Shown here: in pieces, positions 31,601-41,517 of the stretch
Numbering within the stretch: the first letter of the stretch is position 1
Layout of the letters: each line of letters starts with the position of its first letter
Program-made: the position numbers and the translations under genes
Notes under the pieces: generated by a model
Database searches by the model: none
What the model saw: the letters and a program-made list of their open reading frames with translations, nothing else
What the model was told of the DNA's origin: nothing
From: Nitrospirota bacterium
GTDB lineage: Bacteria; Nitrospirota; UBA9217
DNA length: 64,000 nucleotides
Assembly (NCBI GenBank): GCA_963840455.1
Contig: CAWIYV010000011.1
Location: 608,001 to 672,000 of the forward strand
Reading direction: 5' to 3'

Positions 31601-34600
31601 CCGGCGACACGCCGGGTGCGGGGTCGCTTACAGCCGTCCCGTTAAGTTTGGTGCTGTTTGCAACGTATGTTGTATTTGCCGGTATCTGGTCCCGAAGAGA
31701 CACTCCCATCGCGTTCTCGGTGCCGATGTTCTTGACCGTGATCGTGTAACGGACGGTATCCCCCGCCATCAAGACGGCCGGGTCGCCCGTCATGTCCTGC
31801 GCCGTTTTCTGGATGCGAAACGCCGGTGCGGAGGAGATCACGGTTCGTGTCGGGTCTTCATCACCCTGTATCGCGGGATTGTCGGCACCGTTGACGTTGG
31901 GATCGTCGCTGTCACTGAAAAGGATGCCGGATACCGTAAGTTGAGCCTGGTCTAAAACGACCGTACCGTTAGTGATCACGGGAACCAGCCTCGCGTCGAA
32001 CTCGATCACTATCGTGTCAGAAGTCCCGCCCGCGGCCGTGATATTGAGATTACGAATGTCCACAAGCCCTGTGCCCTTACTGCCGCCCGTTGGGCTGGTG
32101 TTAGAGGCAGAGGCGCCCGCGGGCACGGTAACGAGGCTGAGAGTGCCCGGGACGAACATCGGGGATGCATTGAGCCTGTCCAGTTCGTCGGTAATGGAGA
32201 AATTGTTAACTGTTGCTGTGCTGATGTTCCTGACCAGGATGCGGTACCGAATCATATCGCCAGGTGTTACGACTGCGCCCGGTTGCTTGCCCGGCGTCAC
32301 GTTCGTAAAGGTCTTTTGGAACACCAAAACCGGCTGCACGCCAAGCGTGGTCGCGGTCACGGGTCCAACGCAGTAGACATTGGGCGCCGTGACATTCGGG
32401 CAGCCCGCGCCGGTTCTTTCATACGGACTCTGTCCATCGAGCGAGGTCCAGTCGGCGATCACACCGTTTAATATCGTGCTGTTGGCAATGACGACAGTGG
32501 CACGGTAGGTGAGTATCAAGGTCTGGCCAACAGGGATATCAAGGCTCCCGTCGCCATTCCCCTGCCCCCAGATGAGCGGGCCGTTTGGCTGGCCAGTGGG
32601 TGTCGCTGCGAATCCGGGGACAGGAACACCATTGATCGTAGCTGTAGATACAAAGCCCGAATACCACGAAAGTCCGGCCGGAAGAGTGTCTTTCACGTCG
32701 ACGTCGAAGGCCGTCGAGTTCCCGGTGTTCGTTGCGATAACGTCATATTCGAGGATGTCGCCGCTCACGGCCGCATCACCCGGCTGTTTGCCTGGTGTAA
32801 CGTTGGCCGCGGTCTTATTGAGCGTCAGTTTCGGTTCTACAATGGTAACGAAAGAGGTGGATGCGGTCACCGACTGTACCGCGCCAGTAGCACCATTCGT
32901 ATAATTGACGATAGCGGAGTTCTGAAGCGTTCCGCCTGCCCTGGTCAATAGGTCGTTATTTGCGCGTCCGGAGTACTTGATGCGAATGGTCGGGTTGACC
33001 GCGTTTACGGCACTGTCGTCCTCACTGGCGGTGATCACCGTACCGATGTTCCATATGGCGTTGCCGGTCGTGTTGTCAGCCGGAAACGAGGTGAATGCCG
33101 CTTCGCCGGGTGAACTGCCATTAATGCTCGTAATGCCGATGAACTCATAAGTAATGTCGTAGCTGGCATTGTTCGAAAGAGCATAACTTAATCCCGTCGC
33201 TGCCAGGTTGTCGGTGACCGAGATATTCCTCGTAGTGCCCTCCGGAAGCTGTATCTCGATCTGGAACTGTTTCTGTGCGCCGATGGCGGGAATGACTGCT
33301 GGAGACAGGTCGGTCTTCGTTACCTGTACGGCCGGGACCAGGAATGAGGTGCTGGCAGTCGTTTCATAATCGTTTATGGCGTTCCCGGCGTTGGGCAAGG
33401 CGCCATTACGCATACCCATGTCGCTGCCGTCCGCTCCTATGCTTCCGGTGCTGTTAAGGGCCGTAGTTTGGCCAGGAAGCGATTGCCAGCTGGCCTGAAT
33501 GGTATTGGTCAGGATCTCCTGCGGTTGTGCAGTGCCCGCGACCTTGACCTTGAAGGTGAATGTCCGGGTGGCTCCCGGAGCTATGGAATACTTCGGGTTG
33601 GATGCGTTCCAGCTGAATATCGGGCGATTGGCACCAAGCGATGCCGTATCAACGATGTCGGGCATATCCACGCCGCCCGCAGACCCGGGAACATAGGTCA
33701 AGTCCCTGACAGCAGCGAGGTCATCCAAGACCCGCAGGTTGTACGAAGTCGCCGTGCCGGAGTTGGTGGCCGTCACGGTCACGGTAACGGTGTCGTCGGC
33801 ATCGCCGCTTGCGACCGAGAATGCCTTTGTAATGGTGATCCTCGGTTCCTGCACGACAACGGCGGCCTCTCCGTAGGTAAGGTTGACATGCTGCCCTGTC
33901 TGGTCAATATAGTTCGCGGTCACGTTGGTCGAGTTGCCGCCATTTCTGATCGCGCCGCCATTATTGGTATTTGCCGTATTCTCTACCCGAGCGATGAAGC
34001 TGACCTTGAGGTCGTAACGATTGTTAGTCGTCCCTTTCGTGACCTCCTGGTCGCCGAAGTTCCACATAACCAAGTTGTTGGAACAGGTCGGCGTGATCGT
34101 TCCGCCCGGGACGAAGCCTGCCGCGGAATACGGCGCCGCGCTTAAGTTTACGGCCGGCGCCTCGGCGCACCGTACGCCCACAGGGAGTTCGTCGCGGACC
34201 ACAAAGCTCCGGAGCTGCGAGACGGGAATTGACGTGGTCAGTTCGTATCTGATCTCCTCGCCTACCGACACCGGCTGGGGGCTGGATGCGCTCAAGGGTG
34301 TTTGGGAAAGGTTGACGATCTTCTTCGGCTGTGTCAGTACCGGAATGATCCTGACCGTGGCATGGGCGTCGGCGGTCGCATAGACACGTGCTCCGCCCCT
34401 GTCGCCGTTTGGTTTCTGCGGGACGCTCTGGTGGCCGGAGGGGCCTTCAAGGGTGTCGTATGAAGCGTTCGCGGTGTTGCCGAACTGCTGGAGCGGCGCC
34501 GCGCTGTCGTCAAAGTCAACGCGGTAGTAGAGCCTTACCGAGTTACCGGCGTCGATACGCTGCAGAGCCTTGCTGTGGGTATAGGAGAACTGGACGGTCG

Positions 34601-37600
34601 CCGGGACGCCGTTTTTGACCGTGTTGTCGGTCGTGATCGTCCCTTCACCGTCGGGGTCTGCGCCGTCCATCTGCCCGTCACCCTCATTGTCCAGTCCATC
34701 GCTCCCGAACGGAAGAACATAAGCGAGGTCGCTCGCGTCCTGGGTATCGGTTACTATGACATCGTACGCCGGGGAGCGCGGGACGCCGTTGCTGCTTGCT
34801 TCGTTGGTGATCGTAAGCCGGTAGATGTAGGAGCTGTAGGCGTCCCCATCATCGGCAAGCGTCACGAAATGGCTGCAGGCCGGTCCCAAGCCGTAGAGCG
34901 TTTCATTACAGACCTCTTTAACGATCGTTACCCTCGGCTCTCGGACGGTGAGATCAACGCGCCTTCCTGCCTCGCGCGGGTAGCCCACGGTATTCGGTCC
35001 CAGGTCATACACTTCTTCGAGGTTCGTAATGGAGTTGAAGAATACAGCCTGAAAATATGAAACGAGGATGTTGCGGCTGTTGGCTGCGTGGAGGTTCGGG
35101 GCAGCGCTCACGTTTATGGGATTATTCATGATGCGGTTCGACGTATTGACGCGGAACCACTCATCCTTCACTGTGATGCGCTCTGCGGGAACGGCCTGGT
35201 TGAACGTCCAGTTATAATATCCTTCATCTAAGACTTGAGGAGCGGGCGGAACGAGGCTTACCCCCCTGTTAAGGCTGATGCCTTTGATGGCGGTAGTCGT
35301 ACTGCCGAAGGGGGCGATGTTTGCAAAGGGATCCGTGGACGATATGTATCCCTGTCCCGCCGGAGATTGGTCAATGACCTGGATCCTCTGGACCGCAATG
35401 TAGGTAAAGCCCGGGGTCTTGAAGCCGAACCAGCCGCCTGTATCGATATGGAACGTGCATTCTTCGCCGATCTCTACAAAGCGGTCGGGGAGCGGCGGCA
35501 GCGGCACATTGTTTTCCGTGCAGTTGCCGTACTCGGACTTGACAAGATTGAATCCAATGACACGCGCCCTTATGCCGTCCAATGTGTAGTTGTTCGCGCG
35601 GTCGGTGATGCCGTCCGGACGCGGGGTCGGCGTCGGGAACCACAAAGGCGTGCCGTCCCATAGCCTGATCTCTCCTACCGTGTCCGCGCGGAACGTCAGG
35701 TCGTCTGCCGCATTGGGGTCAACATTTTTGATGACCTGGAAGGCATAGTTGACGGTAGCGCCGGGGGCGATCCTTCCTCCGGTGCAATCGTAGACTATTG
35801 CAGTAACCGGTATGGCCGCAGGCAGTGTCCAGGCAGCGAGCGGCGGCGGGTTTGTGGTCCTGGTGCAGGCAGCAGGCGCTGTCGATACTGCCATCCCCTG
35901 CCCAAAAGTGACGTAGGTATGGTACTGGCTCCTATCGTTATTGTTGCTTGCGTCATGCCCGCCGTTGTTCGTTACAGCGACCGTCAAGGGCAGCGGCTGG
36001 GTCACGTCGTTCGTAAGGATGAAGATAAGTTCCGTGCCGATGATGTCAACGTCGAGGTCCTCCGGGAATGCCGGGGGGCTGTCGTTAAAGGTAATGGCCT
36101 GATGGCCTTGCGTTGCGCAGAATGGGTCAAAATCGACGGTCAGCCTGTTCGCCAGTGTTGTCTGGTTGGCAGGATCTGTTCCCGGCGGGCTGCTGTTCGG
36201 GGCCTCGACCCGGACATCGAGATTGGCGACCTTGTCGTAAGATGACGTCTTTATAAGAACGATGGGAAAGGTCACCGTAAGGACGTCGCCCTCACGGAGC
36301 ATATTGAACTGGTCGGCGTAGATCGGGTGCGTGGTCGAGCTGGTCAGGGTGAATATAGGCTGCGTATTCGCGAGCGGTACGGCGGGATTGGTGGATGTCA
36401 AGGTACCCGCGGCCGGATTGGTCCATGTGATGGTATCTACCATTCCCGGATAGCTGCCGTAGGCGGGGTCGATCGTATTGACGCCAAAGGTGGCTCCCCG
36501 TACTTGGAGGGCTTTGGTAAATCCTCCTGCCCAGTACGTGGGGTCAATGACATACTCGGCTGGAAGAAGGTCGGTAAGCCGGATATTCTTGACCGTGCCG
36601 CCGGACCCATTGGTGATGGTGATGGTCACCATGCCTTTGCTTCCTACCGGTTGTGATGTATTGATGCCGGTGATCGCGCGCCCTATGTTAAGGTTCGCGC
36701 GCTGGCCGTAAAGCGTATACAGGGTTGCAACAGCGTTAGCCGGCGTTCTGCCGGTAGACGTTGCGGTGATGCCTCCGGCGGGCGGTTGCACTCCGCAACC
36801 CCACTGGACGCCGCTCACGGTATTGGTCTTGCTGCTTACGCATGAACCGTCAGCCGTGATCTTTCCTACGAGATAGAAGGAGGCGGTACCACCGGCAGTG
36901 ACATCCACTTCAAAGCCGTCCGGGGAAATTCCCATGTTGCCGAAGGGATTTGTAACAACAAAGGCGGAGATATTGTTCGTTGCGGCGACACAGGGAGAGC
37001 CGCCCGGCCGTACGCCGTTATTGGCGGCGATCGCATTGGCGCTTGCGGCCGTCGGACAAGCATGGTTAATGACAAGATTATTGGCCTGCATGACATCGTT
37101 AAAGCGAAGGTCCTGAAGTCCCGCAAGGCCGGTATTGTTCACGCTAACACGCCAGACAACATCATCATTGTTATTGCCGTATACTGGATTGCTGCGGCTC
37201 CCCTCGCGCTGGTTCGCGTCGTAATTCCAGCCGGTCTTCGTTACGGCCGGGACAGGTTCGTGAAGGGGCAGGGTATCCACTGCGTTCTGCGGAGAGTCGG
37301 AGCAGCCGGAGTTGGTGCCGAAGGTCAGGTTCGCCTGGATGGTACGGTTTGCGCTGACCAGGCCTTCGGGATTGGTGGTGCGTCGAACAGCAAAAATAAT
37401 GGTAATGGTCTCTGCGTTTGATACCGGCCTCTGGTCAGAATCAAGGTTTGCCAGGGCCGGGATCTGTGCAGACGTCCAGGTAAGCACAGAACCGCCGCCG
37501 CTGATCACCGGGGCCGCCCCCGCGACTAACGGCCCGCCGTTAACGCTATATCTGATAGGCGTCGGCGCGGTCGGGTCGTAGGTGAGGCCGGAGCTTCCCA

Positions 37601-37856
37601 GATTCTCCGTGACCGTCATGCCCGTCATCGCCGCTCCGGAGTACGGGTTCGCAACGACGACCGAAACATAACTGTAGCCGCAGAGTTCCGCGTAGCTGGA
37701 GTTTCCGGTCAGGTCATGGTCAATGAACTCTGGGGCATTGTTCTTGATGTCGCAGGGAGCCGCAAAGGCTGTGCCTGCAGCTAAAATAAGGATCGCTGCG
37801 TATGCGGCTGCTTTACCAAGGTTCCTCATTAAGCTTGTTGATAATGTATGCTTCAA
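28623..37856 (-). CDS. Giant DUF11/isopeptide-fimbrial-domain surface protein (putative adhesin), 3077 aa
   Basis: Signal peptide; repeated K...PGD.L.Y.I.V.N.G...A..V..TD.LP....YV modules; SdrD-B-like GRLWHDANFN and GKVFDDENANG domains. Confidence 0.85.
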   Translation of the reverse strand: MKHTLSTSLMRNLGKAAAYAAILILAAGTAFAAPCDIKNNAPEFIDHDLTGNSSYAELCGYSYVSVVVANPYSGAAMTGMTVTENLGSSGLTYDPTAPTPIRYSVNGGPLVAGAAPVISGGGSVLTWTSAQIPALANLDSDQRPVSNAETITIIFAVRRTTNPEGLVSANRTIQANLTFGTNSGCSDSPQNAVDTLPLHEPVPAVTKTGWNYDANQREGSRSNPVYGNNNDDVVWRVSVNNTGLAGLQDLRFNDVMQANNLVINHACPTAASANAIAANNGVRPGGSPCVAATNNISAFVVTNPFGNMGISPDGFEVDVTAGGTASFYLVGKITADGSCVSSKTNTVSGVQWGCGVQPPAGGITATSTGRTPANAVATLYTLYGQRANLNIGRAITGINTSQPVGSKGMVTITITNGSGGTVKNIRLTDLLPAEYVIDPTYWAGGFTKALQVRGATFGVNTIDPAYGSYPGMVDTITWTNPAAGTLTSTNPAVPLANTQPIFTLTSSTTHPIYADQFNMLREGDVLTVTFPIVLIKTSSYDKVANLDVRVEAPNSSPPGTDPANQTTLANRLTVDFDPFCATQGHQAITFNDSPPAFPEDLDVDIIGTELIFILTNDVTQPLPLTVAVTNNGGHDASNNNDRSQYHTYVTFGQGMAVSTAPAACTRTTNPPPLAAWTLPAAIPVTAIVYDCTGGRIAPGATVNYAFQVIKNVDPNAADDLTFRADTVGEIRLWDGTPLWFPTPTPRPDGITDRANNYTLDGIRARVIGFNLVKSEYGNCTENNVPLPPLPDRFVEIGEECTFHIDTGGWFGFKTPGFTYIAVQRIQVIDQSPAGQGYISSTDPFANIAPFGSTTTAIKGISLNRGVSLVPPAPQVLDEGYYNWTFNQAVPAERITVKDEWFRVNTSNRIMNNPINVSAAPNLHAANSRNILVSYFQAVFFNSITNLEEVYDLGPNTVGYPREAGRRVDLTVREPRVTIVKEVCNETLYGLGPACSHFVTLADDGDAYSSYIYRLTITNEASSNGVPRSPAYDVIVTDTQDASDLAYVLPFGSDGLDNEGDGQMDGADPDGEGTITTDNTVKNGVPATVQFSYTHSKALQRIDAGNSVRLYYRVDFDDSAAPLQQFGNTANASYDTLEGPSGHQSVPQKPNGDRGGARVYATADAHATVRIIPVLTQPKKIVNLSQTPLSASSPQPVSVGEEIRYELTTSIPVSQLRSFVVRDELPVGVRCAEAPAVNLSAAPYSAAGFVPGGTITPTCSNNLVMWNFGDQEVTKGTTNNRYDLKVSFIARVENTANTNNGGAIRNGGNSTNVTANYIDQTGQHVNLTYGEAAVVVQEPRITITKAFSVASGDADDTVTVTVTATNSGTATSYNLRVLDDLAAVRDLTYVPGSAGGVDMPDIVDTASLGANRPIFSWNASNPKYSIAPGATRTFTFKVKVAGTAQPQEILTNTIQASWQSLPGQTTALNSTGSIGADGSDMGMRNGALPNAGNAINDYETTASTSFLVPAVQVTKTDLSPAVIPAIGAQKQFQIEIQLPEGTTRNISVTDNLAATGLSYALSNNASYDITYEFIGITSINGSSPGEAAFTSFPADNTTGNAIWNIGTVITASEDDSAVNAVNPTIRIKYSGRANNDLLTRAGGTLQNSAIVNYTNGATGAVQSVTASTSFVTIVEPKLTLNKTAANVTPGKQPGDAAVSGDILEYDVIATNTGNSTAFDVDVKDTLPAGLSWYSGFVSTATINGVPVPGFAATPTGQPNGPLIWGQGNGDGSLDIPVGQTLILTYRATVVIANSTILNGVIADWTSLDGQSPYERTGAGCPNVTAPNVYCVGPVTATTLGVQPVLVFQKTFTNVTPGKQPGAVVTPGDMIRYRILVRNISTATVNNFSITDELDRLNASPMFVPGTLSLVTVPAGASASNTSPTGGSKGTGLVDIRNLNITAAGGTSDTIVIEFDARLVPVITNGTVVLDQAQLTVSGILFSDSDDPNVNGADNPAIQGDEDPTRTVISSAPAFRIQKTAQDMTGDPAVLMAGDTVRYTITVKNIGTENAMGVSLRDQIPANTTYVANSTKLNGTAVSDPAPGVSPVQNGMLVHAPENAAAGAMRADATSATSNVGTVTLDAVVSPGLINGSAICNQGFVSGSGAGSGPFPEQPTDNPATPAAGDPTCRVVGNMPLLYAQKSVAIAVDNGTPGIVDPGDVLRYTITVSNSGATPATNVVLTDLVPLNTTYVANSVILNGIAVSDSGGSPLIGGLPVSSSDRTPPLPGTGAGILSPGAAATVMFSVRVNAGVPSGTIISNQGSVINTELPTLLTDSDGNPSNGYQPTLVVVGNGQQVTITKQVAVVGGGTANIGSELEYVVQVTNIGAVPATNVVITDTLPAQLSYVVGSALLNGSSAGVYVAGAVITANYAAVYGNLPSNGTAVLRFRADIASGVIGTTVTNTAQVTWNTPAQSASASASVDIGGTPGSAAMNGRLWHDANFNNTADSGERTLSGWTVQIYRSGTLLGYVVTDSYGTYRINGLAPTTTPADQYEVRFRAPGATATTALLGLASSAFTNGLQRITGITAASGSNLQNLDLPIDPNGVVYNSVLRTPIAGATVTMLRASTNGVLPSACFDDPAQQNQVTMATGYYKFDMNFSDPSCPSGADYLIQVTPPASGYGPMPSQLIPPTTTGATASFSVPGCPGTVDDAIPATLTYCEAQPSEFAPATSVAAGSAGTKYYLHFTLSNAGPGSVELFNNHVPADPPLNAAFSITKTALLPNVTKGGMVPYTITVKNTLGAPFPNATIVDTFPPGFKYVSGSARYDGKPLEPTMTTRDLRFVNVSLAGTDQHVIRLLLIAGAGVREGNYVNSAQVMNGTTGEAVSGVATATVRVVPDPTLDCTDIIGKVFDDENANGYPDQGEKGLGGVRIVSARGLIATTDKYGRYHITCAAIPNEDRGSNFILKLDDRTLPTGYRVTTDNPLVRRVTRGKAIKFNFGAALHRVVRLDIADGAFEPGTTEMREQWKPRIEMLLAEMRKAPSILRISYLGDVEDPAVAKARTEAVKREIARRWGQGLYQLMVETEVYWRKGAPPEKR

Positions 37857-37933
37857 CGAATCGACCTCTCCATTGCGAAAAGGTAAATAAATCTTCTAAG
37901 GCCATAACGTAACAGAACAAGGCGCCTAAAATC

Positions 37934-37967
37934 TCGGCTTTTCATGACGTGCAATCGGCTTTTCATG
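37934..37967 (-). promoter_or_regulatory. Tandem direct repeats, candidate AraC-family binding site upstream of the adhesin operon
   Basis: TCGGCTTTTCATG at 37934 and 37955 (21-bp period); related copies near 38599 and 39416. Confidence 0.5.
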
Positions 37968-38002
37968 CTTTTTTTGCTCATAAATCACCTTCGGGCCAGA
38001 CT

Positions 38003-38542
38003 TCATGACCCTTTTCTGTAAGCCGACGGCGTATGACCGGTCACCTTTTTGAAGATCCTGCCGAACCCGGTATTGTCGGCAAAACCCACATATGCGGCGA
38101 TCTCGGCTATGCTCTGGGGACTGGTGCGCAGAAGTTCCTTGGCCTTTGTGATCCTCATGCTGTTTACATACTCCTGATAGGACATGCCCACCACTTTCCG
38201 GAATGTTCTCGAAAAATGGGACGGGGACATGCCGGCGAGACCGCAAGCGGCGTCTCTGCTGATATCTGTCCTGTAGTTGTCGTTGACGAATAGAACGGCC
38301 TTCTGTATCTTGTGATACTGGAGATTGATGACGGCGGCTGACGGTGCTTTTGGCTCGTCCTCTGTCGGGGTTCCGAGAAGGCTGTCCTTTAGGAAGGGTT
38401 TCCTCAGAAATCCGCTGTCGCTGCTGCTTACCACCCTGGGACCCATTTCCTCGACTCCTTCTGGCGTGCCGCTATGGTCGAGGACGGGTGGCGTGATCCC
38501 TTTGTGTTCTTCCATGACTTCGTCCTTGTTCCCTTTGAACAA
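38003..38542 (-). CDS. AraC-family transcriptional regulator (HTH only, no receiver domain)
   Basis: AGMSPSHFSRTFRK..RITKAKELL..IAEIAAYVGFADNTGFGRIFKKVTGHTPSAYRK. Confidence 0.85.
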   Translation of the reverse strand: MFKGNKDEVMEEHKGITPPVLDHSGTPEGVEEMGPRVVSSSDSGFLRKPFLKDSLLGTPTEDEPKAPSAAVINLQYHKIQKAVLFVNDNYRTDISRDAACGLAGMSPSHFSRTFRKVVGMSYQEYVNSMRITKAKELLRTSPQSIAEIAAYVGFADNTGFGRIFKKVTGHTPSAYRKGS

Positions 38543-38584
38543 TTAAATGCGGAAATGTCTGTAACGGATGAACGATACCGGAGT

Positions 38585-39380
38585 TCAGGAGCTCCTGTCT
38601 CGGCTTTTTATGACGTGCGCAAGGACTTTTATGCTTTTTTGAGCAAAAAGTGCTTTTTGATGCGGGATCTCAGGCAGGCTTCTGTAGAAAGATGGCGTAT
38701 AGCCGGTGAGCTTTATGAAAATTCTGGCGAGGCCGGTTGGATCGGCAAAAACGAGGAAGACGGCGATTTCAGTCACGCTCCGCGTGCTAGTGCGGAGAAG
38801 GTTCTTGGCCTTCGTGATTCTGCGGCCATTAAGATAGTCCTGTTAGGGCAAGCCCATCACCTTCTTGAATATTCTCGAGAAGTGGATGGGGACATGCTGG
38901 CCTCCCGGCAACGGCGTTGAGGCAGATATCGGTTCGGTAGTTGTCGTTGATGCAACGAACGGCCTGCTGGATCTTATACTACTGGCTGGGGGTGACGGTG
39001 GAAGGCGGCGTCCCCGGCAGCGCCGGTGTATTGGGCCCGGGTAGGATGTTCTTTCTGTTGGGCTTCTTCAGGTAATTGCAGGCGCCGCTCCTGCATGCCT
39101 CGACCTCCACCTCTTCGTCGCCGTATGCCGTAACGATGAGAACGAGAATGGATGGTGCAACGTCCTTGATTTCTTTCATGACATCGCTGCCTGACATTGC
39201 GGGCAACCGGTATTTTACGACGACAAGATCAGTGTCGGGGCGCCGCTTTACCCGTTCTACCGCAACCAGGCCGCTCCGGGCCATGACAATTCGATAGGCG
39301 TAGGAATAACCCATCTTCTTCACCTCGTTCCTCGGCAGGGTCCTGCTGCATGCACTGCTGTGACCAGGAAGATCCCGCAT
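38585..39380 (-). pseudogene. Degraded duplicate of the REC-AraC regulator
   Basis: Nucleotide near-copy of 39445..40200 with an internal deletion, stop codons (TAG TAA near 38976-38981) and frameshifts. Confidence 0.85.
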
Positions 39381-39444
39381 CGGGAAAACACGAGCAGAGA
39401 CAAACCTCTTCTGTCTCGGCTTTTTATGCTTGTGGGGAAAGAAA

Positions 39445-40305
39445 TTACTTCTGGGGCAGGCTTCTGTAAGTGGAAGGCGTATGGCCGGTCAGCTTCTTGA
39501 AAATTCTGCCGAAGCCGGTCGGATCGGCAAAACCGAGGGAGACGGCGATATCAGTCACGCTCTGGGCGCTGGTGCGGAGAAGGTTCTTGGCCTTCGTGAT
39601 TCTGCGGCCGTTAAGATAGTCCTGATAGGGCAAGCCCATCACCTTCTTGAATATTCTCGAGAAGTGTGCCGGTGACATGCCGGCCTCCCCGGCAACGTCG
39701 TCGAGGCAGATATCGGTCCGGTAGTTGTCGTTGATAAAACGAACGGCCTGCTGGATCTTATGGTACTGGCTGGGGGTGACTGCGGCAGGCGGCGTACCCG
39801 GCGCGGCCGGCGTATTGGGCCCGGGAAGGATGTTCTTTCTGCGCTGTTGATCCGCGTGCCGGAGGGCGAGATAGAAGTCGATCTTCGTGGACAGCTCGGA
39901 TATGCTGAAGGGCTTCTTCAGGTAATCGCGGGCGCCGCTCCTGAATGCCTCGACCGCCACATCCTCGTCGCCGTATGCCGTGACGATGATAACGAGTACG
40001 GAGGGCGCAACGTCCTTGATCTCTTTCATGACATCGATGCCAGACATGTCGGGCAGCCGGTATTCGATGACCGCGAGATCGATGTCGCTGCGCCGCTCCA
40101 CCCGCTCGATCGCAATCCGGCCGGACTGGGCCGAAATGATTCCGTAGGCGTCGGAAAGGTTCTCGATGTACCCAGTATCGCTGTCAACGATCAATATCTG
40201 GGAAGGCGCGGTGTTTCCCACGGTGGGCGGACACGCGTTGTTTGCACCTTTCCGGCGACGTTTCGTGCCGTGGTTTCTCGATTGCTTGTCAATCATTGTG
40301 GTCAT
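39445..40305 (-). CDS. Response regulator receiver plus AraC HTH (atypical REC)
   Basis: ILIVDSD..DLAVIEYRLPDMSG..TAYG..YLKKPF plus AraC domain; the phosphoacceptor position appears as E, not D. Confidence 0.88.
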   Translation of the reverse strand: MTTMIDKQSRNHGTKRRRKGANNACPPTVGNTAPSQILIVDSDTGYIENLSDAYGIISAQSGRIAIERVERRSDIDLAVIEYRLPDMSGIDVMKEIKDVAPSVLVIIVTAYGDEDVAVEAFRSGARDYLKKPFSISELSTKIDFYLALRHADQQRRKNILPGPNTPAAPGTPPAAVTPSQYHKIQQAVRFINDNYRTDICLDDVAGEAGMSPAHFSRIFKKVMGLPYQDYLNGRRITKAKNLLRTSAQSVTDIAVSLGFADPTGFGRIFKKLTGHTPSTYRSLPQK

Positions 40306-40537
40306 TCATTTCACCCGTCTGTCCAGACTTCGGTACGGAATGGCCTCGGAGATATATTTGGAGGAACCCGTTCAACCAGGTGACTCTTGAGGAGTTCCCT
40401 TTGCATTTTTGACCTTTACATCTGTCAACATAGGAGTTTAACTCCTTTGGAGGATAACGCTCTTTACCATGGGGTAGATTCACCGCAATGTTACCACAAA
40501 TGTCAATGGACGGTTTATGAATCATATTATACAATAT

Positions 40538-40650
40538 AAAAGTAAAAAGCCCATTTTTCAATGGGCTTTTTACTTTCCTAGATATGGTGGGACTTTAAAA
40601 TGGTGGAGGCGGCGGGAATTTAATAGTTTGTCCAATCCCATGATATTCCG
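40538..40650 (-). repeat. att junction J3: core 40601-40620 with divergent arms
   Basis: Exact core followed by TAATAGTTTGTCCAA..GATATTCC; a different terminator hairpin at 40539-40576. Confidence 0.82.
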
Positions 40651-40826
40651 TAATTCTCTTGCTTTCCTGTGCTATTTTTTATCAGCCTGATTCTTGTGTT
40701 CACTTCTCAAACCAGCTTCCGAAGCAGCCATTCAAGCCCTATTTGGGAATAGTTTCGAACAAGGCTCGCTCCGGACATTCATATACGGCCTCCCATGCGA
40801 TAATTTCAAGAGAGGAGGTCAAGGAG

Positions 40827-41432
40827 CTAGTTCATCTTTACGCCATTCAGATAGATTTCATACTTCCTTACGCCCTTAAGAAACGTCGGGATGTGGTATG
40901 GTGTGTGCTTGTGCCAGTAAAGCGGCTTGAATTCCAATACCGCTTCTTCCCCGCTGCGAAGTGTGATGTCAGCGTCCACAATATAGTCGTCCTCCGGCAG
41001 TACAAAATATACCTTATGCGCTCCCTCACGTAGCCGGATCTTTCTTTCCAAAATATAACTTACTCCCGTCCCTGCCTCTGGGTCTCTGCTCGTATTTCCT
41101 TGCTCGTCATATGCAGGATCGACATCCTTCTGTCCGTCCACCTTCCAGACCACAGCCTGACCGTCGATGTTCAAGACAAATGGATAGCCCGGCTTTCCAT
41201 GCAGGCTTTTTCCCGACTCGTCGCTATGATAGCCTTCCACGTGGGTCTTAATGTTCGCTTTGACGACGAGGTCAATATAGCCTTGAGGTTTCGCGCCGGT
41301 ATCATTCATTTCGGTGAAAACGTCCGCCCTCTCGCTTTGTGACTTGGCGGCGATCATTTTTGCCGTCGCACCACAGCCTGCGAGGATCATAAGCAACAGG
41401 ACAACCGAAACATATGCATTTATTCTCTTCAT
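40827..41432 (-). CDS. Hypothetical lipoprotein
   Basis: RBS AAGGAG plus ATG 41432; lipobox LAGC; His-containing segments. Confidence 0.72.
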   Translation of the reverse strand: MKRINAYVSVVLLLMILAGCGATAKMIAAKSQSERADVFTEMNDTGAKPQGYIDLVVKANIKTHVEGYHSDESGKSLHGKPGYPFVLNIDGQAVVWKVDGQKDVDPAYDEQGNTSRDPEAGTGVSYILERKIRLREGAHKVYFVLPEDDYIVDADITLRSGEEAVLEFKPLYWHKHTPYHIPTFLKGVRKYEIYLNGVKMN

Positions 41433-41517
41433 TTTCTTCTCCTTATTATATTGCGCTCTCGCCGTGTTCTCTGGTCTTGGTCCTGACCGCAATGACGCAT
41501 CAACTGACTGCCGCACG

